Below the pieces are notes generated by a model. The model was not told where the DNA came from. It was given only the letters and a program-made list of their open reading frames with translations, and did not search any database. From Candidatus Hydrogenedentota bacterium (GTDB taxonomy: Bacteria; Hydrogenedentota; Hydrogenedentia; Hydrogenedentales; GCA-2746185): a stretch of DNA of 49,555 nt. The stretch is taken from contig JAYGCN010000296.1 in NCBI GenBank assembly GCA_046583315.1, positions 1 through 49,555 on the forward strand, given 5' to 3'. The translations under genes were made by a program, and so were the position numbers. How positions within the stretch are numbered: the stretch's first letter is position 1; every line of letters begins with the position of its first letter. Shown here one piece after another: positions 1 to 9,469 of the stretch.

Positions 1-2345
1 TGTTGATAGGTTTGGCTGTTGAGGATGAGTCGAATGGTGTGTTTCAGATCGTAGTTGTGCATGATGAGGTCGTTGGCGAGCCAATCGAGTAATTCGGGAT
101 GACTGACGTAGGTGTCGTCGCGGTAGTCATCGGCCGGCTCGAAGAAGCCCAGGCCGAGATAGCGTTTCCACAGGCGATTGATGATGGAGCGGGTGAATCG
201 CGGGTTGGCCGGATCGGAGATCAGGCGAGCGATTTTGGAGGGGCGTGCGTAGAGTTTATCCACGCCTGTGGGAGGCGCGGTGCTGATGCCGGGCAATTCC
301 CAGGGAAACTCGGGGGAGAGGATTCGGCCTGTGGGTTGTTCACAGCGAATGAGCTCGAGGTCGTCGCCGGAGAAGTAACTCACGAATTCGAGGAAACGGC
401 TTTGCGGCCATTCGGCGTTTGAAAAGTGGTTGTGGCAGGCGGCGCATTTCATGCCGGTGGACAGGAAAACCTGCGCCACGTTTGAGGCGGATTGTAGTAG
501 TTCGACGCGGCTGCCTCGAATGACGTAGGTGGGCGGGAATTTCTCATCGAAGGGGTCGAGCAGCTGGGTAACCCATGAATCGAAGGGTTTGTTCTGCTGA
601 AAAGCCTCGTAAATGGTGGGTCGGAAATCGCCGCGTACGCCCATCGGCACGTTAAAGCCGGTCGTAGGGCTGCTGCAGTGGGCGTCTTCCCAGAAGGGAA
701 CCCAGTTGGCTGCGTACTCGTCGTCGCGTGCGAGCAATTCATCGATCAGGGCGCGTCGCGCGTCTGGAGTTGATTCATTGAGAAAGGCTCTCACGCGATC
801 GATGGGCGGAACGACACCGATAAGATCCATGTAGACGCGTTGTTGAAAGGCGGTGTTGGATGCGGGTATAAATGTGAATTCAATGCCGTCTTCGAGTGCT
901 TTTTCTGCGATGAATGCATCAATCGGATTATCGGTTGAACTTGTTTCGGGGATTTTTGGTGGAGCGGGAATCCATCTTTTTCGAAGATCGCGCCGTAGCC
1001 GGGGTACGTTGCCTTGATCGACGAGGGCGTAACGGTCCAGTAGTTTATCGGTGTCAGTCGGTGATGGTGGGGCGATGCGTTCGGAAAGATCGGCCCATCG
1101 GAGGTCGTGCAGGAGATCGAGATAATCTTCATTGGGCCATTTCGTGCTGCCGTCTTCGTTGAAAATGCGTTGTTGATTCTCGCTGGTAATGTCTATCAAT
1201 TTATACAATGCGGCGAGTTTTACGTCCTTGGTGTCTTCGACTTCCTGCATCCATTTCTCTTTTTCGCCGGTGGATTCGCCCGGATCGACACGTGGATTAT
1301 TGCGTCTGGCGAGGAACTTGACGCGTCGGAACAGCGCTTCGAAGCTGACGCCGGCCAGCGGGTTGGGTTTCGTGCGTGTGATGGCGATCAGACCGTCGAT
1401 GGTCTGATCCATGAGCGGAATGGTGTTGGCCATCTGAATATCGAGTAGCGCGGGGTCGCTGTTGGATGCCATTAGCTCATTGCGAATCGTCTCCATGTCG
1501 GCGGTGCGAATCCATTGTTCGAGTAACAGGATTTTTTTCTCATCAAGCGCCGGCTCGTCTTTGGGCATGATTGGAAGTCGTTTGCCGCGCACGTAGTCGA
1601 TGAGCGGACTGGAGCCGGGGTCGCCGAACGCGATGGGAGGGCCGTCTTTTTCGCCGCCGGCGAGTATGCCTTCCAGGGTGGTGAGGTCCAGACCGCCTTC
1701 GCGTTCTGACTCGGAGTGGCAGCCGTAACAGTATTCCTGGAGGATGGGTTGAATGTCCGCCTGATAGCTGATTTCGCGTGCATCGGCCAGGAGCATGGTC
1801 TCCTCGTCCGCTGCTTCGTCGGTTTGCTCTGCGGACATGGCGCGAGCCAGCTCATGCACTTCGACATACAGGGGCGGAGTGCCGAGACCGTGCTCGTAGA
1901 CGAGTTTTCCGCCGAGGTGTCCGACTTGGATGACGATGGCCAAGGTAGCCATGGCAGAGAGGCTGGCGCTTATCGTGGCGAGGACGGCGACTCGTTTTCT
2001 GGGGATGAGGCTGATTGCAAGGCAGATGGCGGTAACCAGACTGCCGATCCAAATCTTGCGGGCCATGGTTTCGTGTTCGTTCAGGTCGTTCCAGATGTAT
2101 TCGGGTAGGGTGCTCGGTACCAGGGCGTGGACCGCTTCCCCTGAATTCACGGCGACGATGGCCGCGCCCAGTATGGCGAGATAGCAGATGAGCGCGGTGA
2201 TGCGTATCGGGCGTGCGAACTTCCAGGGGAGGAGTGCCAGGAGTGCCAGGGGGAGTCCGATGACGGCGAGCGCGAGTGGTAGATGCACCATGGCAGCGTG
2301 CATCATCTCCGGGTTTTCGCGTAGGCTCTGGAGGGGCGCAATCAT
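1..2345 (-). CDS. DUF2231-like membrane domain + planctomycete cytochrome c (PSCyt1) + DUF1549/DUF1553 protein, 3'-truncated by the window edge
   Basis: Absent from the ORF track because there is no stop in the window. Manual translation from ATG 2345 stays open to base 3: MIAPLQ..MHAAMVHLPLAL..(TM helices)..GHLGGKLVYEHGLG; ISYQADIQPILQEYCYGCH..GGLDL..MPKD; NPIDAFI..RVYMDLIGVVP; VAQVFL..MKCAACHNH; NPRFTRSIINRLWKRYLGLG..SHPELLDWLA..YDLKHTIRLILNSQTYQ. Confidence 0.9.
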   Translation of the reverse strand, partial: MIAPLQSLRENPEMMHAAMVHLPLALAVIGLPLALLALLPWKFARPIRITALICYLAILGAAIVAVNSGEAVHALVPSTLPEYIWNDLNEHETMARKIWIGSLVTAICLAISLIPRKRVAVLATISASLSAMATLAIVIQVGHLGGKLVYEHGLGTPPLYVEVHELARAMSAEQTDEAADEETMLLADAREISYQADIQPILQEYCYGCHSESEREGGLDLTTLEGILAGGEKDGPPIAFGDPGSSPLIDYVRGKRLPIMPKDEPALDEKKILLLEQWIRTADMETIRNELMASNSDPALLDIQMANTIPLMDQTIDGLIAITRTKPNPLAGVSFEALFRRVKFLARRNNPRVDPGESTGEKEKWMQEVEDTKDVKLAALYKLIDITSENQQRIFNEDGSTKWPNEDYLDLLHDLRWADLSERIAPPSPTDTDKLLDRYALVDQGNVPRLRRDLRKRWIPAPPKIPETSSTDNPIDAFIAEKALEDGIEFTFIPASNTAFQQRVYMDLIGVVPPIDRVRAFLNESTPDARRALIDELLARDDEYAANWVPFWEDAHCSSPTTGFNVPMGVRGDFRPTIYEAFQQNKPFDSWVTQLLDPFDEKFPPTYVIRGSRVELLQSASNVAQVFLSTGMKCAACHNHFSNAEWPQSRFLEFVSYFSGDDLELIRCEQPTGRILSPEFPWELPGISTAPPTGVDKLYARPSKIARLISDPANPRFTRSIINRLWKRYLGLGFFEPADDYRDDTYVSHPELLDWLANDLIMHNYDLKHTIRLILNSQTYQ

Positions 2346-2349
2346 TTCA

Positions 2350-3849
2350 TCAAGCCAGGAGGGCATCAATCGGTTTTCCTTTCCCAAGATTGGTCACATG
2401 AATCGGTCGACCCTCCGTTTCATAATAGACATCGGGCGCGATGCCCAGGGTTTTATAGATTGTGGCGTGCAGATCGTCGATGGACACGCGATCCTCGCTT
2501 AGTGCAAACATTGGATGTTCGTCGGCCGTTTTTCCGTGCACATATCCGCGTTTGGTGCCGCCGCCGAAGAAGAGTACGTTGTTGGCCAGGGGGAAATGTC
2601 CATGCATTCCGTACATGTCTTTTGCCTGGATGCTGATGTTGCTTCCGTTGGTGTATTCATGGATGATTCCGCCGACCTGGCCGTCGGTGCTGGTGGCAAA
2701 GGCAATGTTGTCCGAGGGATTTCGACGTTTTGCCAGAGAGCGTCCGAATTCGGTCATCACGACGACCAGTGTGCGATCGAGCATGCCGCGATCTTCGAGA
2801 TCGCGCACAAGGTTGGCAATCGGGCGATCGATGTGTCCCTTCAAAATCATGTTTGTTGTCGCGCCGTTGCTGTGGGTGTCAAACAGGGAGAATGTTTTGA
2901 AGGGGTATTCGACTTGAACGAAGCGGGAACCGCGTTCAACCAGTCGCCGCGCCAGCAGACAGCTCTCTCCGAAGCGATGACCGACTTTGTAACTTTCAAG
3001 TGTTTCGGGCGATTCTTGCGCGTGGTATTGGAATGCCTCTTTAACGGTCGAATCCATCATGTCGCGGGCGCGATCAACGATGGTCATGTATTCGCGAACC
3101 TTGCCGGATTCTTGCAATTCCTTTTGGGACAGGCCGCTGATGGTTTGCAGGTATTCCTGGCGTCGGTCAAGCCGATCCAGTTTCATGCTTGCCACGGCGT
3201 TGAGGGTACTGATGCCTTCTGCGGGTTCTCGCACGATGAGCGGGGCATGGTGAACGCCGTAGAATCCGGGGCCGTGTAACGAGTTGATGAATTTACGATT
3301 TTCCGGGCCTTCGGCACCCAGGCTCAGGATCTCGCGGCCGATGACAATGAAGGGGGGCATGTTGGCATCCCGGGGACCGAGAATACGGGCTATTTTTGCG
3401 CCCATACCGGGTGCTTTGAAGCCGGTAGGGAAGGGATATCCGGTGATCATATGAAACTGTGCGCGGTTGTGGTCGAAGCCGAATTCGTGATTGTTGTACA
3501 GAGAGCGGATGAGCGTTCCCTTGTCCATGATGGAGGCGATGTTGGGGAGTCCGGCACCGAAGAAGACATCGTCCAGGGAAGTGGGGATGGAGGGGCATGG
3601 GCAGAGCATTTCGCTTCCCTTCATACCTTTTTCGAAGGGTGTGAAGGGTTTGGGGTCCCAATATTCGGTCTGTGACAATCCGCCGGGAATCCAGATGAGG
3701 ATCATGGAGTCGGCTGTGGCCGTGGGAGTTCCGTGGGGGATTATACCGGGGGCGTGTTCCTGGCCCATGGCATGGGGAAGTAATTGGCCTGCGACGGCTG
3801 TGGCCAGGGAAGCCTTCAAAAAGTCCCGCCGACCGTATTTAATGCTCAT
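2350..3849 (-). CDS. DUF1501 domain protein with Tat signal peptide
   Basis: N-terminal GRRDFLK; motifs ILIWIPGGLSQTEYWDPKP, FGESCLLARRLVERGSRFVQV, FDTH, LEDRGMLDRTLVVVMTEFGR, DLHATIYKTLGI; GGAG RBS; lies directly upstream of the DUF1549/1553 gene. Confidence 0.9.
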   Translation of the reverse strand: MSIKYGRRDFLKASLATAVAGQLLPHAMGQEHAPGIIPHGTPTATADSMILIWIPGGLSQTEYWDPKPFTPFEKGMKGSEMLCPCPSIPTSLDDVFFGAGLPNIASIMDKGTLIRSLYNNHEFGFDHNRAQFHMITGYPFPTGFKAPGMGAKIARILGPRDANMPPFIVIGREILSLGAEGPENRKFINSLHGPGFYGVHHAPLIVREPAEGISTLNAVASMKLDRLDRRQEYLQTISGLSQKELQESGKVREYMTIVDRARDMMDSTVKEAFQYHAQESPETLESYKVGHRFGESCLLARRLVERGSRFVQVEYPFKTFSLFDTHSNGATTNMILKGHIDRPIANLVRDLEDRGMLDRTLVVVMTEFGRSLAKRRNPSDNIAFATSTDGQVGGIIHEYTNGSNISIQAKDMYGMHGHFPLANNVLFFGGGTKRGYVHGKTADEHPMFALSEDRVSIDDLHATIYKTLGIAPDVYYETEGRPIHVTNLGKGKPIDALLA

Positions 3850-3945
3850 AGTACCAACTCCAACGAACCGGCCCGGTAGGGAGAACCAGTGGTCTCAGGG
3901 AGAAGCGGCTGACATGGTGAAATCCGCCTAGTGTCTCCTTGACAT

Positions 3946-3974
3946 ATGATACCAAGCAGGGCAAAGGGTGTCAA
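3946..3974 (-). promoter_or_regulatory. sigma70-type promoter for the DUF1501 operon
   Basis: Minus strand reads TTGACA-N17-TATCAT with an extended -10 TG, about 95 nt upstream of the DUF1501 start. Confidence 0.7.
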
Positions 3975-4016
3975 AGTGGAATCGCCGTGAGGATACGGCG
4001 CAATGCGCGAGCTGGT

Positions 4017-5168
4017 CTATTGACGGGGCACTGAAAAAACCCGGTTGGACTGGGATGCGGCGTTGCCTGCTATGATTTCTTTCACGCCATCCCCGTTCAC
4101 ATCTTCGATCACCATGGCGCGCGTTGAGCCGTCTTTCGCACCGAAGGCGAGGCTGGAGTCCAGCGTAAAAAAGGGTGCTGTACCGGTATTCCAGTAGATG
4201 TGATTTTCCGCATCCTGATTGGCCACGATAAGGTCTGGACGACCATCAGCATTGAGATCCTCGAGAAACACCTTGCGCGTGATGATGTCTTTTACGCCGA
4301 ATTCGCTCGACGAGAAGGTGTCCCCGTTGTTGATAAATAGCGAGTTTTGGCCGAGGTTCCCGCACACGATGTCGAGATCGCCGTCCCCATCGACATCGCC
4401 AGTGGTGATGGAGAATCCGTAGTAGGGTTTGGGCACGATGTCCCGGCTTTCTGCGAAGAAGGGCGGGGTGCCGGAGTTTATATAGATGCGATTCGGCTCG
4501 CCGGCGTTTACGGCAAGCAGATCAAGGTGACCATCTTTGTTGAGATCGGCGAGAAGGATTTCTTCGGTGGTGTCTTTGTCCACGCCGAGGTCCGTGGCTT
4601 CGCTTGAGTCGAAATAGGGGGCCGTCGTCTTGTTGAGCATGATCTGGTTGAGGTTTTTTTGTGAATTGCCAACAATGATATCTGGATAGGAATCCCCGTT
4701 TATGTCGCCAATGGCGAGCGTATAGGTAGGCAATGCCTTTGAATTGAGTATGGTTTCAGGCAAGAGTTCGAACGAACCGTTGTTGAGTCGGAAGAAATTC
4801 GCTCCCAGCGTCGCCTCGAAGTAATCTGGATCGCCATCGAGATCGATGTCACTCAAGGCCACGTCAATGGTGAAATGATTTCCGGTGGTGATGGCCACGG
4901 GTGTAACGCCGTTGAAAGGGTCCGGGCTTCCGTTGTTGAGATAGAGCTGATTGGGTGCGCCCGCGATGCCTTCAATGAGGTCGAGGTCGTCATCGTTGTC
5001 GACATCGGCCAGGACGAGCGCGAGGGTCTCCGTTTTTTCGGAAAACGTGAAATCGATCGGCTTAAATTCTTGTTCGACCGAATCCGATTGGGAGGGTTGT
5101 GAATCGTTGGAGCACCCGACAATGATGAGCGCGATGCCAAGAAAAAGTGTTCTAAGAATGGTGTTCAT
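4017..5168 (-). CDS. FG-GAP/VCBS repeat lipoprotein (probable 7-bladed beta-propeller)
   Basis: Lipobox IIVGC; seven D-x-[DN]-x-D-x-x-x-[DE] repeats (DVDNDDDLD, DIDLDGDPD, DINGDSYPD, DLNKDGHLD, DVDGDGDLD, DLNADGRPD, DVNGDGVKE). Confidence 0.85.
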   Translation of the reverse strand: MNTILRTLFLGIALIIVGCSNDSQPSQSDSVEQEFKPIDFTFSEKTETLALVLADVDNDDDLDLIEGIAGAPNQLYLNNGSPDPFNGVTPVAITTGNHFTIDVALSDIDLDGDPDYFEATLGANFFRLNNGSFELLPETILNSKALPTYTLAIGDINGDSYPDIIVGNSQKNLNQIMLNKTTAPYFDSSEATDLGVDKDTTEEILLADLNKDGHLDLLAVNAGEPNRIYINSGTPPFFAESRDIVPKPYYGFSITTGDVDGDGDLDIVCGNLGQNSLFINNGDTFSSSEFGVKDIITRKVFLEDLNADGRPDLIVANQDAENHIYWNTGTAPFFTLDSSLAFGAKDGSTRAMVIEDVNGDGVKEIIAGNAASQSNRVFSVPRQ

Positions 5169-5177
5169 TGTAAGTCC

Positions 5178-7259
5178 TTATTCCAGATACCCGAGACCTT
5201 TCAGGTTTTCCAGTGTTTCCTCATCCATTTCAATATCTTGCCCTGCCTCTTTGAGTTCTTTGAAGGTCATCGGAAAGCTAGACGACCAGTGCGCGAGCAT
5301 TTTAGCGAGTTTTTGTTGTTGGGCGAGATTCTGTTTCGCAAGATTATGCTTCTCGCCGGGGTCGTTCTTGAGATTGTAGAGCAGGTAGGTGTCGGATTCC
5401 ATGCCGCGAATCAGTTTGAAGGGCCAGTCGATGACGGTTTGAAGGGGTTCGGGGGAGGGTGGGAGCAGGCCGGTTGCCTGGGCAAATACGGGGCGGTGTG
5501 CGGGCTTCGTGTCGTGCCCCCTGAGCAAATCCGCAATGCTCGTTCCGCGCCATTCGGCGTAGGCTTCTTCGCCGGTTAATTCGGCAAGGGTAGGGATTAT
5601 GTCGATGCTCGATACGGGGTGGGCGATCACACCTGTCGCGATGTCGGGTCCTGCAATCATGAAGGGTACGCGCAGTTGCTCGTTGAATACGGTATGGCCG
5701 TGGCCAAATCCTCCGTGATCCCAGAATTCTTCACCGTGATCGGAAGAAAACATGACGTAGGTGTTGTCCTCAAGTCCCTGTAGCTTCAGGGTATAGAGAA
5801 TGCGTCCCACGGATTCGTCCACATAACGGATTTCACCTTCGTAAAGCGATTGGACGTAGTCGTGCTTCTCCAGCATTTCCGGTGTCGCACCCATTGGGAA
5901 AAAGTCGAACGGCTCCTCGGCGACGCGTCGATATTCCTGGGGCGGATCGTAGGGCGTGTGGGGATCGAAGTAGTGCGCCCAGAGGAAGAAGTTTCCTTCG
6001 GTTCGAAATCGGATAAAGGCCTGGGCATATTCGGTGATGGCACGGGTATAGTCGAAGGGTCGGAGTTCGTATTTTTCCGGGGCGAATTTTCGTATGGATG
6101 CGCCGAGCATGGGAAGCTTGGCCAGGGGGCCTTTCCATTCATTGAGCAACATGGGCATCAATTTTTGGTGATCGAAGTCGCCCAGAAGCCAGTTGTGTCC
6201 GTAGAGGGCAAAATTGCCGACGAGCGCGTAGGTGGTGTAGCCGGATTCGGAAAGATTCTGAACCAAACTTTCCCCTTCTTCGCCTTCCCAGTACGTTTGC
6301 ATGTCGCGGTAGTAACTTAGTTCTTCCATCCGCTTGTCATTCGGCGTATTGAGTGTAATGCTCGGCGGGTATTTTGAGGAGAAGAATCCTGCGAAGGAGG
6401 GTACCGTCCAGGGGGCGACGCTGTAGTACTGGTTGATGCGCGTTCCCCGTGCGGCGAGTCGATCGAGATTCGGCGTGGGAACCGGCCCCCCGTAGGCGGA
6501 GGTGAAATCGGCGCGCATGGTGTCTGCAGTAATCAGCACGATGTTTTTTCGATCGGGATCGGGGGAGGTTTCGCCGGAGGGCGCCATGAATATTACGACT
6601 CCGGGCAGTGCAAAAGATACGATGGCCAGCCCAATGATTCCCATGGACTTCTGCACGAATGAGCGATTTCCTGTCGCGTAGAAACATGCGCCGATCAGCG
6701 CGATGATGCTGGCCCATCCGGCGACGTAGGTGTGGGTGATCGAGTGCCCGTTGTCGAAGGCAAATAGGGTCAGCGCGAGTACCTGGAGGAGGCCCAGCCC
6801 GCCCAAGGTGCCGATGAGCGCACTGAGCACGGTCCACACGATGGAACGATTGATGCAGCCAAGAACCCCGATCAGTGCAACCGCCCCGGCGGCACTGAAT
6901 CCGTAAGGCAGCACGAACTGCATGAGTCTGATCAAGGGCAGTTCGTGGAGCAGGAGCGCGAGTATGACCATCGCGTCGAAGGTGGCAAAGGACGTTAGTA
7001 GACGGGTGTCCAGTTTCTTCGTGACGAGACGACGGATGAGCAGGGTCAGGGGCGCGGCGATGATGGTGACGGCGATTCCGTAGAGGAGGATGCCGGGCAA
7101 GGTCGCCATCCAGGCCTCGGCCCCGAATCCCATCCATGAATTGATACGACTGCCGAGCAGAAAGTCGCAAAAATACAGCAGTACACCCGCGATCACTTGA
7201 AGAGTGACAAAGTGTGTCAGGGTTCCGCGCGATTTCGTATCGGGTGTCTCAGCATTCAT
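5178..7259 (-). CDS. Membrane-anchored sulfatase-like hydrolase/transferase (alkaline phosphatase superfamily); start uncertain (7259, 7319 or 7391)
   Basis: About 7 N-terminal TM segments, then NIVLITADTMRAD, APWTVPSF, WAHYFDPHTPY, SSDHGEEF, LYNLKNDPGEKHNL and a C-terminal LKGLGYLE. Confidence 0.85.
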   Translation of the reverse strand: MNAETPDTKSRGTLTHFVTLQVIAGVLLYFCDFLLGSRINSWMGFGAEAWMATLPGILLYGIAVTIIAAPLTLLIRRLVTKKLDTRLLTSFATFDAMVILALLLHELPLIRLMQFVLPYGFSAAGAVALIGVLGCINRSIVWTVLSALIGTLGGLGLLQVLALTLFAFDNGHSITHTYVAGWASIIALIGACFYATGNRSFVQKSMGIIGLAIVSFALPGVVIFMAPSGETSPDPDRKNIVLITADTMRADFTSAYGGPVPTPNLDRLAARGTRINQYYSVAPWTVPSFAGFFSSKYPPSITLNTPNDKRMEELSYYRDMQTYWEGEEGESLVQNLSESGYTTYALVGNFALYGHNWLLGDFDHQKLMPMLLNEWKGPLAKLPMLGASIRKFAPEKYELRPFDYTRAITEYAQAFIRFRTEGNFFLWAHYFDPHTPYDPPQEYRRVAEEPFDFFPMGATPEMLEKHDYVQSLYEGEIRYVDESVGRILYTLKLQGLEDNTYVMFSSDHGEEFWDHGGFGHGHTVFNEQLRVPFMIAGPDIATGVIAHPVSSIDIIPTLAELTGEEAYAEWRGTSIADLLRGHDTKPAHRPVFAQATGLLPPSPEPLQTVIDWPFKLIRGMESDTYLLYNLKNDPGEKHNLAKQNLAQQQKLAKMLAHWSSSFPMTFKELKEAGQDIEMDEETLENLKGLGYLE

Positions 7260-7506
7260 TGTTCGGAAAATATCCTTGAAAGGTATCGACGTTGATGGTT
7301 GCTCCTCCAGCGTTGCCATTATTTCAGATACAGGCGACACTGCTCCACTTTCTGAGGGGCACCGAATTTCCTGCCCCGGAGTCGCGTTCATGCTTGGGCA
7401 GGCTGGAGGTTTAATGATTCAAAAATGGCGTGGTATACTTCGCCTGTCAGCAATTGTTTTTCGCGGGAGAGAACGAATTGGTTCTCTCGCCATACTGGTG
7501 CTTTTC

Positions 7507-9464
7507 ATGTCTCACACGGTTCAATCAAAAAAACGACTCTTAGGATGGATGGCGCACGCTCTGGTGATGGGTGCCGTGGTTTTTCTGGCCACTGCCTGCA
7601 GCGCACCGGAGAGCGAACTTGTTCCGGCTGAGGAATCCGACGATGCGACCGTCGTCCCTGAGCCGATCGCGGAACTGGATCGCCCGAACGTGGTCTGGAT
7701 TCTGATCGATACGCTTCGAAGCGATCACGTGGGTGCCTACGGCTATGAACGTGACACGACTCCCCATATCGATGCGCTGGCCGAGCGGGGTGTGTTATTT
7801 GAACGTCATTTCGCGCAGGCACCCAACACGTTGCTGTCGGTGCCATCCTACATGAGTGGAAGGTATTACCCCGTCGACTTGCAGGATGGTTTCCATTTTG
7901 ACCAGTGGTTTATGAAGGTGCCCCCGGAAGAGGAGAAGCTCGCCCCCGAACTTTTCCGGGAAAACGGATATGTGACGGGGATGTTCTCCGCCTCACACTG
8001 GTATGGAAAATCGTCGCGATTGGGAAAGAGTTTTGATCACTTTGGAGCTATCAAGACAGCGAAGTTGATGACCTCCAGGGACTATCGCGAAGAGAATCCC
8101 GAACTTTACGAGTGGTTCGAGGAGAAAAAAGACGAACGTTTTTTTGCCTACATCCATACGCTGGATGCGCATGAGCCGAGATTTGGTTTTAATACGGCGA
8201 TTACCTGGCTGGACCCTTATTTCCCCCGAAAGCGTGATCTGGAGCTACGGTTTTGGGCGGGGCTCCCTTCGACAAGGCCGATCAGGAGCATATTCTGAAC
8301 CTCTACGACGGTGGTGTGCAGTATGCGGACTATACGGTGGAGACGATTCTGCGTCACCTGAAAGCGCTGGATTTGTTGGACAATACCATCGTGGTCATCA
8401 GCTCGGACCACGGTGAAATTTTAGGGACCGACGGAAAAACACTCGGGCATCCAGCCGATGCGCTCACCGATGAAGTCTTCGATGTGCCGTTGATCATCGC
8501 GGGTCCGGGATTGCCTTCAGGTCTACGAATCCCGCAGCGGAGTGAAAATGTGGACATCGTGCCGACGCTTGTTGAGTTGCTTCAATTCGAGCATGAGGCC
8601 CAATTTGATGGTCACTCTCTCGTGCCGTTGATTGTGGGCAAGCAGCAAGGGGAAATTCGTTCCTATCTTTACTCAAAATCGGCGCCCAAACTTTTTGGAG
8701 GGGAACCGCTGCACATCGTGCGTAAGGATGAGGCCAAGTATATTTTTGAGAACGCTGCGGGCCCGCCGACTCCCAGGTCGCGCGACGAGCTCGTTGCCAC
8801 AATGCAACATTTCGCCATGCCGGATACCGTTGCGCGTCGGCAACCTTCCCTGAAATCCATTGAGCAGGGAAAGGGCGCGGCAGAATTCCTGATAGAACGG
8901 ATCCAGCCGGGCTGGACTCGGTATTCCGCCTTAGCGACCGACAATCCGCCCATGTTTCAGATTCCCCATTCTGATGGTTTTATCAAGGAGGTATGGACGG
9001 AGGAACTCGATCCGACAGACGGGCTGTGGACGCGTGTCTTCAAGGGGAATGACTATACCCATTCGACGTCGGTGATTTATGTGGCGTTCAACGATACGGA
9101 AACGGCGCCGCGTATGGCGAACCTGCGCAAGATCAAACCGGGGAACTACCGAGTCAGTATTCTGGCATCGACTTTCGCGGCGGATGGGGTGCAACGCGCC
9201 TCCTCGTTTCGCGTGAATACCAAGAACCCGGAAGAATTTCAATTGCTTCGCCTGGAGCCTGAATCGACTGAGCAGCGAACGATGCGCTGGATGGATATTG
9301 GCGATGTGGACGTGTCGGGGGGTACGTTTTATTTTCACATTGAGCCAGGCGACGTCTCGGCGTTTGCAGGCTTCCGGTTTCAGGACATGACCCAGGAGCA
9401 GGATCCGGATCTGGATTTTGAGCAGATTACCGAGGAACTCGAAACGCTTGGATACTTGAATTAG
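7507..9464 (+). pseudogene. Sulfatase-like lipoprotein split by a 1-nt frameshift near 8251-8270 (pseudogene or assembly indel)
   Basis: The 5' ORF carries lipobox LATAC, NVVWILIDTLRSD, APNTLLS and YIHTLDAHEP. The -1 frame (8253..9464) continues the same domain with LYDGGVQYAD, SSDHGE, VPLIIAGPG, ENVDIVPTL and ends LETLGYLN. Confidence 0.85.
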
Positions 9465-9469
9465 CCTCT

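Noticed and set aside
99..2502. Many short ORFs on both strands in the ORF track
   Set aside because: They are shadows of the long minus-strand DUF2231-cyt c-DUF1549/1553 CDS (1..2345) and the DUF1501 3' end; none has recognisable motifs.
3894..3916. Tiny uORF (MSAASP*) in the DUF1501 leader
   Set aside because: The nearest AGGAG is too far from the ATG and there is no attenuator-like structure or codon run.
7204..7391. Apparent head-to-head overlap of the two sulfatase-like ORFs
   Set aside because: An artefact of longest-ORF start calls; plausible starts at 7259 or 7319 (-) and 7507 (+) leave a normal divergent intergenic region.
8251..8270. Programmed -1 ribosomal frameshift
   Set aside because: No in-frame canonical slippery heptamer; an indel in a short homopolymer is the simpler explanation.
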